From Thermoplasmatota archaeon (GTDB taxonomy: Archaea > Thermoplasmatota > E2 > DHVEG-1), in NCBI GenBank assembly GCA_041550515.1, contig JBFEOQ010000005.1, positions 1 through 50,746 of the forward strand: 50,746 nucleotides of DNA. Direction: 5' to 3'. The notes beneath the pieces were generated by a model. The model made no database searches and was not told where the DNA came from. It saw only the letters and a list, made by a program, of their open reading frames with translations. The translations under genes and the position numbers were made by a program. Position 1 is the first letter of the stretch. Each line of letters starts with the position of its first letter. Below, one piece after another: positions 35,349 to 43,893 of this stretch.

Positions 35349-35788
35349 TATTTATCCTCTTTATTTTCTTCCATTTCTTTCGTATTTTTTCCGTCTGATG
35401 ACTTATCCTCGGTTTTTAAAAGGGAATCGATGGGTTTTGAACTATGTTTTATTACTTTCATATTGATTTGAACAACGTCTTGACTTATAGTATTAGCACG
35501 TATCGATTTTTTCTTTCTCATTCCATGTTCTGTTTCATGAAATCCTTTGCAATCGCTTAAAAGAATTCTTCTACGACTTGTTCCTGGTAAATCCTTCCTC
35601 ATAGCAAAACCATCTTTATCAGTACCACCAGTTATTAGTAATTTATAACCGGGAAGTGATATAAAGATTCCATCCACTTCATCTCCAATTTTTTTACCTA
35701 TTAAAGAGTTAGCATGATGACCACTAACTGGTACTTGATATGACTTACCACTTTTTGTGTCATTTACCACTACTTTAAATTCGACCAT
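35348..35788 (-). CDS. rps6e: 30S ribosomal protein S6e
   Basis: 146 aa. [11 protein letters not shown] and RRRILL signatures. The stop overlaps the aIF2-gamma start by 1 nt (TAATG). Confidence 0.9.
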   Translation of the reverse strand: MVEFKVVVNDTKSGKSYQVPVSGHHANSLIGKKIGDEVDGIFISLPGYKLLITGGTDKDGFAMRKDLPGTSRRRILLSDCKGFHETEHGMRKKKSIRANTISQDVVQINMKVIKHSSKPIDSLLKTEDKSSDGKNTKEMEENKEDK

Positions 35789-36147
35789 ACTATCTTCACC
35801 ATTATTTCCCTATTTCATTAATTATTTTTTCGGTAACAAAATTATATATTAATAATCTTTGTTTCAAAAGATTATTAGCTATTTTTATAAATTCCTATTT
35901 TTTTTCTCCATATAATCAGCCTTTAAAAAGATTACTACATTATTAATTTATTAATAATTTATAAAAAAGTTTGTAATTTATTATAGTGATCAGCTTCTTT
36001 TTTAATAAAAAATTGTTTAGACTTTACATATAAAATTTTTATAATACAAATCCTTTTTTTTAAAAAGTTATATAAACAATACTTTTATTTTCCAATCTGA
36101 CAAGTACTTTAAAATAAACTATAGTAGTATTTGGGGGAGAATTAAAA

Positions 36148-36285
36148 ATGTCAGAGTTTATCTGGACATGGACTAAAGGAAATACAAAGGTTTTTACTAT
36201 GGATGTTGATTCTGCTGAAAAAGCGATGAAAGAAGGAAACCTTGTAATGGGCGTTAAAGTTCCGCCTAATGTTATGAATATTTAA
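36148..36285 (+). CDS. Small hypothetical protein, 45 aa
   Basis: GGGGGAG SD lies 7 nt upstream of the ATG. Hand translation gives MSEFIWTWTKGNTKVFTMDVDSAEKAMKEGNLVMGVKVPPNVMNI. I recognise no family. Confidence 0.35.
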   Translation: MSEFIWTWTKGNTKVFTMDVDSAEKAMKEGNLVMGVKVPPNVMNI

Positions 36286-36361
36286 TAAAAATTTCTTTGT
36301 GATGAGGTTGCTTTTTTTAACCAAAGATTTTTAGATATGAAGCGTATTAGCTTTCTAAATT

Positions 36362-36985
36362 ATGACTGATTTAGATTATAAGCATTTACTTAAAAAAGTT
36401 GTAGAAAGTTCTAATAAAAAAGAATTAGTAGAAGATAGATTAAAAGTTCCTAAAGCAGATATTTTTTATGAGGGTAATACTACAGTTATAAAAAATTTTG
36501 ATAAAATTACAGATATTTTAAATCGTGAACCTAATGTTATATTAAAATTTTTATTAGGTTCTCTTGGAACAGCTGGTGAACTTGTTGGTCCAAGAGTAGT
36601 TTTCCAAGGGAAAATTCCAACTAAAAATATCCATGATCGAATTAGAGATTATGTAGATATGTTTGTTGTATGTTCTGAGTGTAATCGACCTGATACTCAT
36701 CTTGTAAAACAAGGGCGAGAACTTCTTATTCGTTGTGATGCTTGTGGTGCTTTTCGTTCTGTAAAATCACGTAAGAAAAAAGTTGTAAGTCCGCCAACTG
36801 AAAGTCTTAAAGAAGGTATTACAATAGATCTTAATATCAAAGATATTGGTAAAAAAGGTGATGGTATTGCATATCATGATAAATATATAGTTTATGTATC
36901 TGGTGCAGTTAAAGGAACATTTGTGAAAGTAAAGATTGAAAAAATATCTGGGACTGTAGCATTTGGTCATATTGTTGAAGTGTAA
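36362..36985 (+). CDS. eif2b: Translation initiation factor aIF2 beta subunit with C-terminal TRAM domain
   Basis: 207 aa. The aIF2-beta core includes zinc ribbon CSECNRPDT...CDACG. It is followed by about 60 aa resembling a TRAM beta-barrel (IKDIGKKGDGIAYHDKYIVYVSGAVKGTFVKVKIEKI). Confidence 0.85.
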   Translation: MTDLDYKHLLKKVVESSNKKELVEDRLKVPKADIFYEGNTTVIKNFDKITDILNREPNVILKFLLGSLGTAGELVGPRVVFQGKIPTKNIHDRIRDYVDMFVVCSECNRPDTHLVKQGRELLIRCDACGAFRSVKSRKKKVVSPPTESLKEGITIDLNIKDIGKKGDGIAYHDKYIVYVSGAVKGTFVKVKIEKISGTVAFGHIVEV

Positions 36986-37116
36986 TTTTTTTAAAATAAT
37001 CTACATATACTTCTACATATACATCAGTAAAAAAATAACGAAAATTATTTAAACTAAACGCAGTATTCGAGTATACGATTGTCAGACAAATGATGTCTTT
37101 TGTCGTTTGTAAAACG

Positions 37117-37160
37117 TATAAAAGATATAGTTTTGACATCCGTGAGATGTCACATGACAT
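37117..37160 (+). promoter_or_regulatory. Putative promoter and operator of the cdrS-like gene
   Basis: TATA-like TATAAAAG (37117-37124) sits 60 nt upstream of the ATG. Inverted repeat GACATC-N5-GATGTC (37135-37151) overlaps palindrome ATGTCA-CA-TGACAT (37147-37160) near the expected TSS. Confidence 0.3.
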
Positions 37161-37183
37161 TAAAAGATATGTGAGGAGAATAG

Positions 37184-37411
37184 ATGGATACACAACGAAT
37201 AACAATAAGACTACCTCAGCATGTTATACACTCTATGGATCTTTTTGTTAGAGTCGGAGAATTTGCTACTCGTTCTGAAGTTATTCGTCATGCTGTAAAT
37301 GATTTTATTAAAAATTCTGCTCAGGATATTATTGAAAAGGCAGATAAAATTAAAAAAGTGCAAGAATTGGAACTTGCAGTTGAATCCATTGAACCTTACA
37401 TGAAAAAATAA
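37184..37411 (+). CDS. cdrS: Ribbon-helix-helix (CopG family) regulator, CdrS-like, immediately upstream of ftsZ
   Basis: 75 aa. RITIRLPQHVIHSMD...RSEVIRHAVNDFI is a classic RHH fold pattern. SD GTGAGGAG lies upstream. Its position upstream of ftsZ matches the haloarchaeal cdrS-ftsZ2 arrangement. Confidence 0.65.
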   Translation: MDTQRITIRLPQHVIHSMDLFVRVGEFATRSEVIRHAVNDFIKNSAQDIIEKADKIKKVQELELAVESIEPYMKK

Positions 37412-37423
37412 TGTTCAAAATGT

Positions 37424-37490
37424 GGAGGGGATGGGATGCACCCCTAATAGAAGGGCGCCTATGGGGATGGGCGTCCTTCAAACTACCAGC
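37424..37490 (+). ncRNA. GC-rich structured element E2 in the cdrS-ftsZ spacer (5' leader of ftsZ)
   Basis: 18-nt core GGAGGGGATGGGATGCAC (37424-37441) is identical to 18268-18285. Hairpin 1 is GGGG-AUGGGAUGCA-CCCC. Hairpin 2 is AAGGGCGCC-UAUGGGGAUG-GGCGUCCUU, 9 bp with one G-U. The 3' block AAACTACCAGC is shared with E1. Confidence 0.35.
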
Positions 37491-37516
37491 AAAAAAAATC
37501 TAGGAGGAATGAAAAG

Positions 37517-38632
37517 ATGGGAGAAAAAAAAGGTATGCAGGCTTTTATTGAAGGAGCGATTAATAATAAAAAAGAAGAAGAAACAAAATTTAAATTTGAT
37601 GAAGCTGAAATGTTTGGCGCACCAAGAATTACAATAGTTGGATGTGGTGGTGCTGGTGGTAATACAATAACTCGATTAAAAAGGCTTGGAGTAACTGGAG
37701 CAAAGACCATAGCCATTAATACAGATAAAATGGCTCTTAATCTTGTTGAAGCAGATCATAAAATGTTACTTGGTGGTCGTTTAACTCGTGGTCTTGGAGC
37801 AGGTGGTTTCCCTGAAGTTGGAGAGCGTGCTGCTCGTGAAAGTATTCAGGATCTTGAAGAACTTCTACAAGATTCAGATCTTGTTTTTATTACCGCAGGT
37901 ATGGGTGGTGGAACAGGTACAGGTTCTGCACCTGTTGTTGCAGAAGTAGCAAAAAAACATGGTGCTGTAGTGACATGTATGGTTTCCACTCCATTTAACG
38001 TCGAACGCGCTCGTCTTATAAAAGCAGATGAAGGACTTGACAAACTAAGAATAAAAGCAGATAGTACTGTTGTTTTAGATAATAACAGACTTTTAGAGTT
38101 TGTACCAAACTTACCAATAAATCAAGCGTTCTCCGTTATGGATCAAATGATCTCAGAAACAGTAAAAGGCATATCGGAAACAATTACTGTACCTTCTTTG
38201 ATAAATCTTGATTATGCTGATATGAAATCAATTATGGATCAAGGTGGGTTATCAGTTATGCTTTGGGGAGAATCTGAAGAGGATGCAGGTGTTGATTCGA
38301 TTGTTCAAGAAGCTCTTAATCATCCACTATTAAATGTTGATTATAAAGGCGCAACAGGAGCATTAGTTCATATAACTGGTGGACAAAATATGAGTTTAAA
38401 ATATGTACAAGATGTCGCAAAGGCATTAACTCAGGATCTAGATTGTTACTCAAATGTTATACTTGGTGCACGTGTATCACCTGATTTTGGAAACAAATGT
38501 CGTGTAATGGCTATAATGACTGGTGTAGAATCACCAAATATATTAGGTCCAAAAAGTACACCTATGCTTGAAAGAACCCCTGTTACTTCTGTTGTATCAA
38601 AATCGAAAGTGGATATTGATTTTATACGTTAA
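37517..38632 (+). CDS. ftsZ: Cell division protein FtsZ
   Basis: 371 aa. Tubulin signature [13 protein letters not shown] and typical N- and C-terminal domains. SD TAGGAGG lies 9 nt upstream. Confidence 0.92.
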   Translation: MGEKKGMQAFIEGAINNKKEEETKFKFDEAEMFGAPRITIVGCGGAGGNTITRLKRLGVTGAKTIAINTDKMALNLVEADHKMLLGGRLTRGLGAGGFPEVGERAARESIQDLEELLQDSDLVFITAGMGGGTGTGSAPVVAEVAKKHGAVVTCMVSTPFNVERARLIKADEGLDKLRIKADSTVVLDNNRLLEFVPNLPINQAFSVMDQMISETVKGISETITVPSLINLDYADMKSIMDQGGLSVMLWGESEEDAGVDSIVQEALNHPLLNVDYKGATGALVHITGGQNMSLKYVQDVAKALTQDLDCYSNVILGARVSPDFGNKCRVMAIMTGVESPNILGPKSTPMLERTPVTSVVSKSKVDIDFIR

Positions 38633-38656
38633 AAAAATTCTAATAAACTTCTTTTT

Positions 38657-39349
38657 TTAATTTTTTATTATTGTACCATTAAATTCATGATTATTAATTA
38701 CTTTTACTAGTTCATCTAAATTCTTACCATTTAAAACAAATGTTGGAATTTTTCCTTGTTTTATAATTTTTAAAGCAGGTCCATCAATTACCATGTTTTT
38801 ACCAGCTATTTCCCAGTTAGTTCCATATTTTTTAATTAATTCATCGATTTTTATTTCATCATATTTTTTTGCTTGTGAAAATTTATTTGGATCTATATTA
38901 TATATTCCATCTACATTTGTTGCAATAATAAATTTTGATGAATGTGTTTTTTGAGCCAGTTCGGCACCAACCATATCTGTACTATGACCTGTTGTTGTAC
39001 CACCCATAATTATTATTTCATTTGTCATTTTTTTTGCTTCATCTGTTGAATGGGGTATTTTTTGATTTGAATTATTTAGTAAGTTTGTTATTATCTTGGC
39101 GTTGATTCTTGTTAATTTTATTCCAATTTCATCCAATGTTTTTTCGTTTAATCCAAGCCTTCTTCCTATTTTTATGTATTTTCTTGCTGTTTTACCTCCA
39201 CCAATTATTAGATATATTTTATATTTTTTTGATAATTTTTCAAGAAGTTTTATTAATTTTTTTATAAAATATATATTAATTTTTTCAGGAAAAAGTACTG
39301 AACCACCTATTGAAATTACAATTGTTTGCATGTTTAAGTTTGTATACAT
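38657..39349 (-). CDS. pyrH: Uridylate (UMP) kinase, archaeal type
   Basis: 230 aa amino-acid-kinase fold. ISIGGSVL, IIGGG and GGTTTGHSTD motifs. Confidence 0.82.
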   Translation of the reverse strand: MYTNLNMQTIVISIGGSVLFPEKINIYFIKKLIKLLEKLSKKYKIYLIIGGGKTARKYIKIGRRLGLNEKTLDEIGIKLTRINAKIITNLLNNSNQKIPHSTDEAKKMTNEIIIMGGTTTGHSTDMVGAELAQKTHSSKFIIATNVDGIYNIDPNKFSQAKKYDEIKIDELIKKYGTNWEIAGKNMVIDGPALKIIKQGKIPTFVLNGKNLDELVKVINNHEFNGTIIKN

Positions 39350-39383
39350 ATTTTATTTATTAGTATTATTAAAAACAAAAAAA

Positions 39384-39809
39384 TTATGCTACTTCAGGTC
39401 CTGATTGTGCTTTTGTAGATTTATTTCCTAATCGAACTTGTGGAAGAGGTATGGGTGGAGGCAAGGCTAAGTCTTTTGCGATTCCAACAGCTTCTGGAAC
39501 GCAAGCATGCATTATTGCTGTATGCAAATTACTTGCTACTTCATTTGGTATTTTTCTTTTATTATTCCATTCATTTGATATGTCTCTTGCATCCTTGTTT
39601 TCATATACAAGTTGACCCTCTATTTTTATTACTCCTACTGAACCATAGCTTGCTGTGTATTGGAAATCAACGGAGGTTTGATCTTCTTTTATGTAAGCTA
39701 TATGTGTAAAAGAACTGTTATGATCTATTCTTATTTGTTTAGGTTTTTCATTTAAATTAGTATATCTTCTTGCTTCAATAGTTTTTAAATTGATATTTTT
39801 TATTTTCAT
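39384..39809 (-). CDS. Hypothetical protein (no family recognised)
   Basis: 141-aa ORF with coding-like composition and a proline-rich C-terminal tail (LPPPIPLPQ). The antisense ORF 39440..39709 is low-complexity. Confidence 0.45.
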   Translation of the reverse strand: MKIKNINLKTIEARRYTNLNEKPKQIRIDHNSSFTHIAYIKEDQTSVDFQYTASYGSVGVIKIEGQLVYENKDARDISNEWNNKRKIPNEVASNLHTAIMHACVPEAVGIAKDLALPPPIPLPQVRLGNKSTKAQSGPEVA

Positions 39810-40009
39810 AATTAATGCAGGTAAAAGAATATCTTATTTTTACATGTTTCGTTTAATAAGAATTTTTTATACTTTTTTAAACTAAAACTATTAATAATTT
39901 TTGTATTTATTAGATTTCTTTGAGTTTTTTGTAATAAATTAAAATTGTTCTTATATATTTTAGAAAAATAGATAAATAAATAAAATATGACCGTGCCGGG
40001 GAGTTTATA

Positions 40010-40771
40010 ATGTTAAAAAGAGTATTTTTGACAATTATTGCTTTAATCATGATAATTACAGGTAGTACTATACTGGTAAACGGGGATAAAATAGATATAG
40101 ATATACGAACCGAAGATAATGGAATTAATATTATTGAAAAATATTTAATTGATGTTACTGATGATGACATTATATCTTTTTGGATACAAAGTGGGCATTC
40201 TAATGTTGTTATTACAATCGATGGTTCAGATATTACACCTTTAGTTGATAATAATATTTATTATGTAAATATAACTGAATTTGATATTACCTCCAATGAT
40301 GTTATTCAGGTTATGTATAATCTTGATAGATATACTTATGAATTTGAAAAAATTTTACAGTATTATACAAATTTAATTACAATTAGTTTTGATGAAAATG
40401 AAATATATTCTGGAAAAAATTTATCTGTTGGTGGGTATATTAACATAGCTTTACTAAAACAAGTTACTGTACAAAATGTTGAAGAAATACCTTCTTGGAT
40501 GTTTATAATTATTATTATACTTGTAATCTTATTGATTATAGTGTTAATTAATTCAGTAAAAAAACAAAAATCAACAACAAAAAAAGAAAACATTGGTGGA
40601 TCAGAGGAACTTATAACTACTAAAAAGGTGCTATTGATGGAAATATTAAAAGAAATTGAAAAGAGACATCGTAGTAAACAAATATCAGATGATACTTATA
40701 ATAAGCTTAAAGATGAATATAAACGAGATGCGGTTGAAGCAATGAAACATCTTGAAGATTTAAAAAAATAA
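40010..40771 (+). CDS. Single-pass membrane protein with N-terminal signal anchor and cytoplasmic coiled-coil tail
   Basis: 253 aa. Hydrophobic N-terminus, an extracellular domain of about 150 aa, a TM segment (WMFIIIIILVILLIIVLI), then a charged helical tail. Confidence 0.55.
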   Translation: MLKRVFLTIIALIMIITGSTILVNGDKIDIDIRTEDNGINIIEKYLIDVTDDDIISFWIQSGHSNVVITIDGSDITPLVDNNIYYVNITEFDITSNDVIQVMYNLDRYTYEFEKILQYYTNLITISFDENEIYSGKNLSVGGYINIALLKQVTVQNVEEIPSWMFIIIIILVILLIIVLINSVKKQKSTTKKENIGGSEELITTKKVLLMEILKEIEKRHRSKQISDDTYNKLKDEYKRDAVEAMKHLEDLKK

Positions 40772-40773
40772 TT

Positions 40774-42177
40774 TTAAAAATTAAATAGATTTTGCTGGAT
40801 ATTGTTAGTGTTTTCTTTAAGATTTTTTTCTTTTTTTATTTCTAATTTTTTAATTTCAAAGTTAGACATTATTTGTTTGATTTTATTGCGATTGGTTGCA
40901 CCTAGTAAAAATTCTACTTCTTTCTCTGTCAAATCCAGTTTTTTTTTCATATTAATTGCAAAAGAAGTATTATTTTTAAACATTTGAATAAAATAAAAAT
41001 AAACTTCTCCTTTATTTTTTTTGTTTGAAAGATGAGTTTCCTTACTTAGTTTATTAATAATTATGTTGTTTAAATCTGATTCTGATTTAACTTTTTTTCT
41101 ATCTTTAATCCAAACAGGAAAATTATATTTATCATTAGGATATGTATGGTGTTTTGCAACAGCAATACCACCATTCATTATATCATATGCATATGACCAA
41201 AGACAATAATTTTGACATTGAAAAGTTCTACTAAGGAAAATATCTGCTTGTGATAATGCTTCAAAACCATTTATGAGATCAGTTCTATCAAGATATTCTT
41301 TTGGGAGGTTTTCATTTAACCATAAAATTAGAAGATTTGGATCTAAGTTTATATGATTAATACTTTCACGTATTGATTTTAGATTTTTAGTTTTAAATAC
41401 TTCACGTATAAAGTTAAAAATATCTTTTTCACGATCTCTATAACCTAAAACTTCGAGATTTGTTGAATCGATCAGGGTTCTATTCATTGATACAGATTGT
41501 AAATCATTAATTGCGGATCTGATATCTCCTTTTGATCTATCTGCAATAATCTTTAAGACCTTTTGATCAATATTAATATTTTCAGAAAGACAAATCTTTT
41601 TTAAAAGACCAATTACTTGATTTGGATAAGGATCATAAAAGCGTATAAGTTTACATATATTTTTTAAGGGTTCGCCATTACCTTTTATTAGTTTATAATA
41701 ATCGTTTACAATTAATATTATAGGTTGACTAGTGATTTCTATAGTATCAATAATTGCTTTTTTCCCACCACGATCGCTTAGATCATTATTTATGTTAGAG
41801 CTTTCAACTCGTTCATATAAATTATCTGCTTCATCAAGAATTATAAGTTTATGACCTCCAGTTTTTGATGAAATAAATGTTCCATTTTCAGAAAATGTTT
41901 CATTCATTGCACCATATGTTGCGATTGTTTTTATCTTTTGAGCATTTCTTGCATCTGATGTATTTAATTCTATTGGTGTCCAGTTATAATCTTTTGCTAG
42001 TGCGATGGCGCTACTTGTTTTTCCAGTACCTGGTTTACCTAATAAAATAACCGCTTTATTTTTTGGTTTTCCGTTTGACCATGAACTAGCCCAATTTCTA
42101 AGTTCAATTAATGCTTTTTCATTCCCAACTATCTCATCAAGAGATTTTGGGCGATATTTTTCTGTCCAATCCCTCAT
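40774..42177 (-). CDS. rfcL: Replication factor C large subunit
   Basis: The ORF track extends to 42231. The start is more likely Met at 42177 (MRDWTEKYRPKSLDEIVGN). GKPGTGKTS Walker A and ILDEAD Walker B. Confidence 0.85.
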   Translation of the reverse strand: MRDWTEKYRPKSLDEIVGNEKALIELRNWASSWSNGKPKNKAVILLGKPGTGKTSSAIALAKDYNWTPIELNTSDARNAQKIKTIATYGAMNETFSENGTFISSKTGGHKLIILDEADNLYERVESSNINNDLSDRGGKKAIIDTIEITSQPIILIVNDYYKLIKGNGEPLKNICKLIRFYDPYPNQVIGLLKKICLSENINIDQKVLKIIADRSKGDIRSAINDLQSVSMNRTLIDSTNLEVLGYRDREKDIFNFIREVFKTKNLKSIRESINHINLDPNLLILWLNENLPKEYLDRTDLINGFEALSQADIFLSRTFQCQNYCLWSYAYDIMNGGIAVAKHHTYPNDKYNFPVWIKDRKKVKSESDLNNIIINKLSKETHLSNKKNKGEVYFYFIQMFKNNTSFAINMKKKLDLTEKEVEFLLGATNRNKIKQIMSNFEIKKLEIKKEKNLKENTNNIQQNLFNF

Positions 42178-42511
42178 TTTCCGATTTAACAAAAGAAAAG
42201 GTATTATTTTAATATTTACTATTAAACTCAATGTTTTATAAAAGAGGTATATAAAAGATTTATAGATTTAAATAACAATATATTTGTAAAATATTTATTG
42301 TGTTAATTAAATTTGGGTTATACTATCTTATGAGTAAGAATTACTTAGTAGTTTATTCTCAAATTTTTTATTTTAATAATGTCATATTTGCTTGAATTTT
42401 GACAAATATTTTTATAAATGAGAATTTTATCCAGGATAATTAAAGCAAAATGTAAAAAGCAATATTGACTAAACTTTTTTATTATGGAGCTTTATTTCTT
42501 CATGAAAAATT

Positions 42512-42595
42512 GTGGGGATGGCCCAGCCTGGCACGGCGATGGATTGCTAATCCATTGGTCTTATGACCTCGGGAGTTCGAATCTCCCTCCCCACG
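42512..42595 (+). tRNA. tRNA-Ser (anticodon GCU), class II with long variable arm
   Basis: Manual fold: acceptor GTGGGGA/TCCCCAC, anticodon stem ATGGA/TCCAT with loop TTGCTAA, variable arm TGGTCTTATGACCTC, T arm GGGAG-TTCGAAT-CTCCC, discriminator G. Confidence 0.9.
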
Positions 42596-42703
42596 TAAAA
42601 ATAACAATATTTTAAAAAATTTAGTTGTATACTTTTAAGTAAATTTATTATTTATTTTTAGTCTCAAATTCTTTTTTAATTCTTTTGTAAATAGTAAATA
42701 ATA

Positions 42704-43762
42704 TTATATTTTAGCAAGTTCTTCCTTAAGTTGACGGATTGCTTCTACTGGTGTAGGATCAATCTTTCTAAGAATTGCTAAATAAAAACTTACATAATCT
42801 CCAAGATACATTGAGTATATTATTTTTGAAAGTCTTCTTTTTACATTTATCTTAATCTCAATAGTATCTCCTGCGACATTTTCAAAAAGTTTTTTCATGA
42901 AATTTAGTCGTTTATTAATATAAATTGATTCGTTTTCATGATCTCTAAAGAGTATGCATATAAATTTTTTTGATACTTCTGGATTTAAGGACCATCCAAC
43001 TATATCATTATGATTGCATTCTGGAACTTCATCATTTCTACAAATTATTTTACTGTTTTCATTAAATTGAGTGCACCATCTTTTAGCTATTGGTATGTAT
43101 AATCCCCATCCATAGATTTGAGGGATTTTACTAAATATTTTTTTTGCGATTTGTTTTGAAAGATTTTTTTCTTCAGGAATTTCTTTTTTATTATTTTTTG
43201 AAAAGTCCTCTATTGTATGTATTGTATCTTGGATTTCTAAATTAATATCTTTTTGTAGAAAACCTATTTTTTTAAATGAATGTAAAGTACAAAAAAGCAT
43301 GTAACCTGTTGCTGCACGTGGTTGTATACCTGAAGGTATTTCTATAAAAGGAACTTCAATTTTTTCGCAGTATTTTAATAGTTTTCCCCCGGTAGTAATA
43401 GCAATTATTTTACAATGTTTTTTAAGAGCATGTTTGAATGTACTTATTGTTTCTTCTGTATTACCTGAATAGCTTTGTGAAATGACTAATGTGTTTTTAT
43501 TTGCCCATTTTGGTAGATCATATTGTCTTGATACAAAGATTGGTTTAGAAATTTTATCTCTTAATAAACTTTGAATAATATCACCTGAAATTGCAGAAGC
43601 TCCCATACCACTGATAATTATATTGTCGATTTTGTATAGCTTAGGAATGTTTGAAAATTCAACTATTCTTTCAGCTTCTTTTATTTGTATTGGGAAATTT
43701 ATAATATCATTGAGCATACTTGATTTATCAATTTCTTCTATCATTTTTAACTCATTTAACAT
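42704..43762 (-). CDS. Bifunctional phosphoglucose/phosphomannose isomerase (SIS-domain, archaeal PGI/PMI family)
   Basis: 352 aa. SIS-domain motif ISGMGASAISGD and SYSGNTEET, with a C-terminal family-like region. Confidence 0.72.
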   Translation of the reverse strand: MLNELKMIEEIDKSSMLNDIINFPIQIKEAERIVEFSNIPKLYKIDNIIISGMGASAISGDIIQSLLRDKISKPIFVSRQYDLPKWANKNTLVISQSYSGNTEETISTFKHALKKHCKIIAITTGGKLLKYCEKIEVPFIEIPSGIQPRAATGYMLFCTLHSFKKIGFLQKDINLEIQDTIHTIEDFSKNNKKEIPEEKNLSKQIAKKIFSKIPQIYGWGLYIPIAKRWCTQFNENSKIICRNDEVPECNHNDIVGWSLNPEVSKKFICILFRDHENESIYINKRLNFMKKLFENVAGDTIEIKINVKRRLSKIIYSMYLGDYVSFYLAILRKIDPTPVEAIRQLKEELAKI

Positions 43763-43893
43763 AAATAATCAACCATATTTTTTATTATATAAAGTTAAGT
43801 TAAATGTGTAAATATTGTGTTGTTATTTAGAGGTTTCTCTTTTGATTATTATTAGAAAAAATACTTATATTACAAATTTTTATCTTAGAGATA

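Noticed and set aside
36767-37205. Minus-strand ORFs 36767..36970 and 36909..37205
   Set aside because: They are antisense to the aIF2-beta TRAM region and to the cdrS promoter. Their translations are low-complexity.
37422-37716. ORFs 37422..37637 (+) and 37483..37716 (-) over the cdrS-ftsZ spacer and the ftsZ 5' end
   Set aside because: They run through the GC-rich structured element and overlap the well-supported ftsZ frame. I keep only a low-weight micropeptide (MGCT...) alternative, noted under E1 and E2.
39096-40170. ORFs 39096..39404 (+), 39440..39709 (+) and 39910..40170 (-)
   Set aside because: They are antisense to or overlap pyrH, the 141-aa hypothetical gene and the membrane-protein gene. 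Their composition is typical of wrong-frame AT-rich translation.
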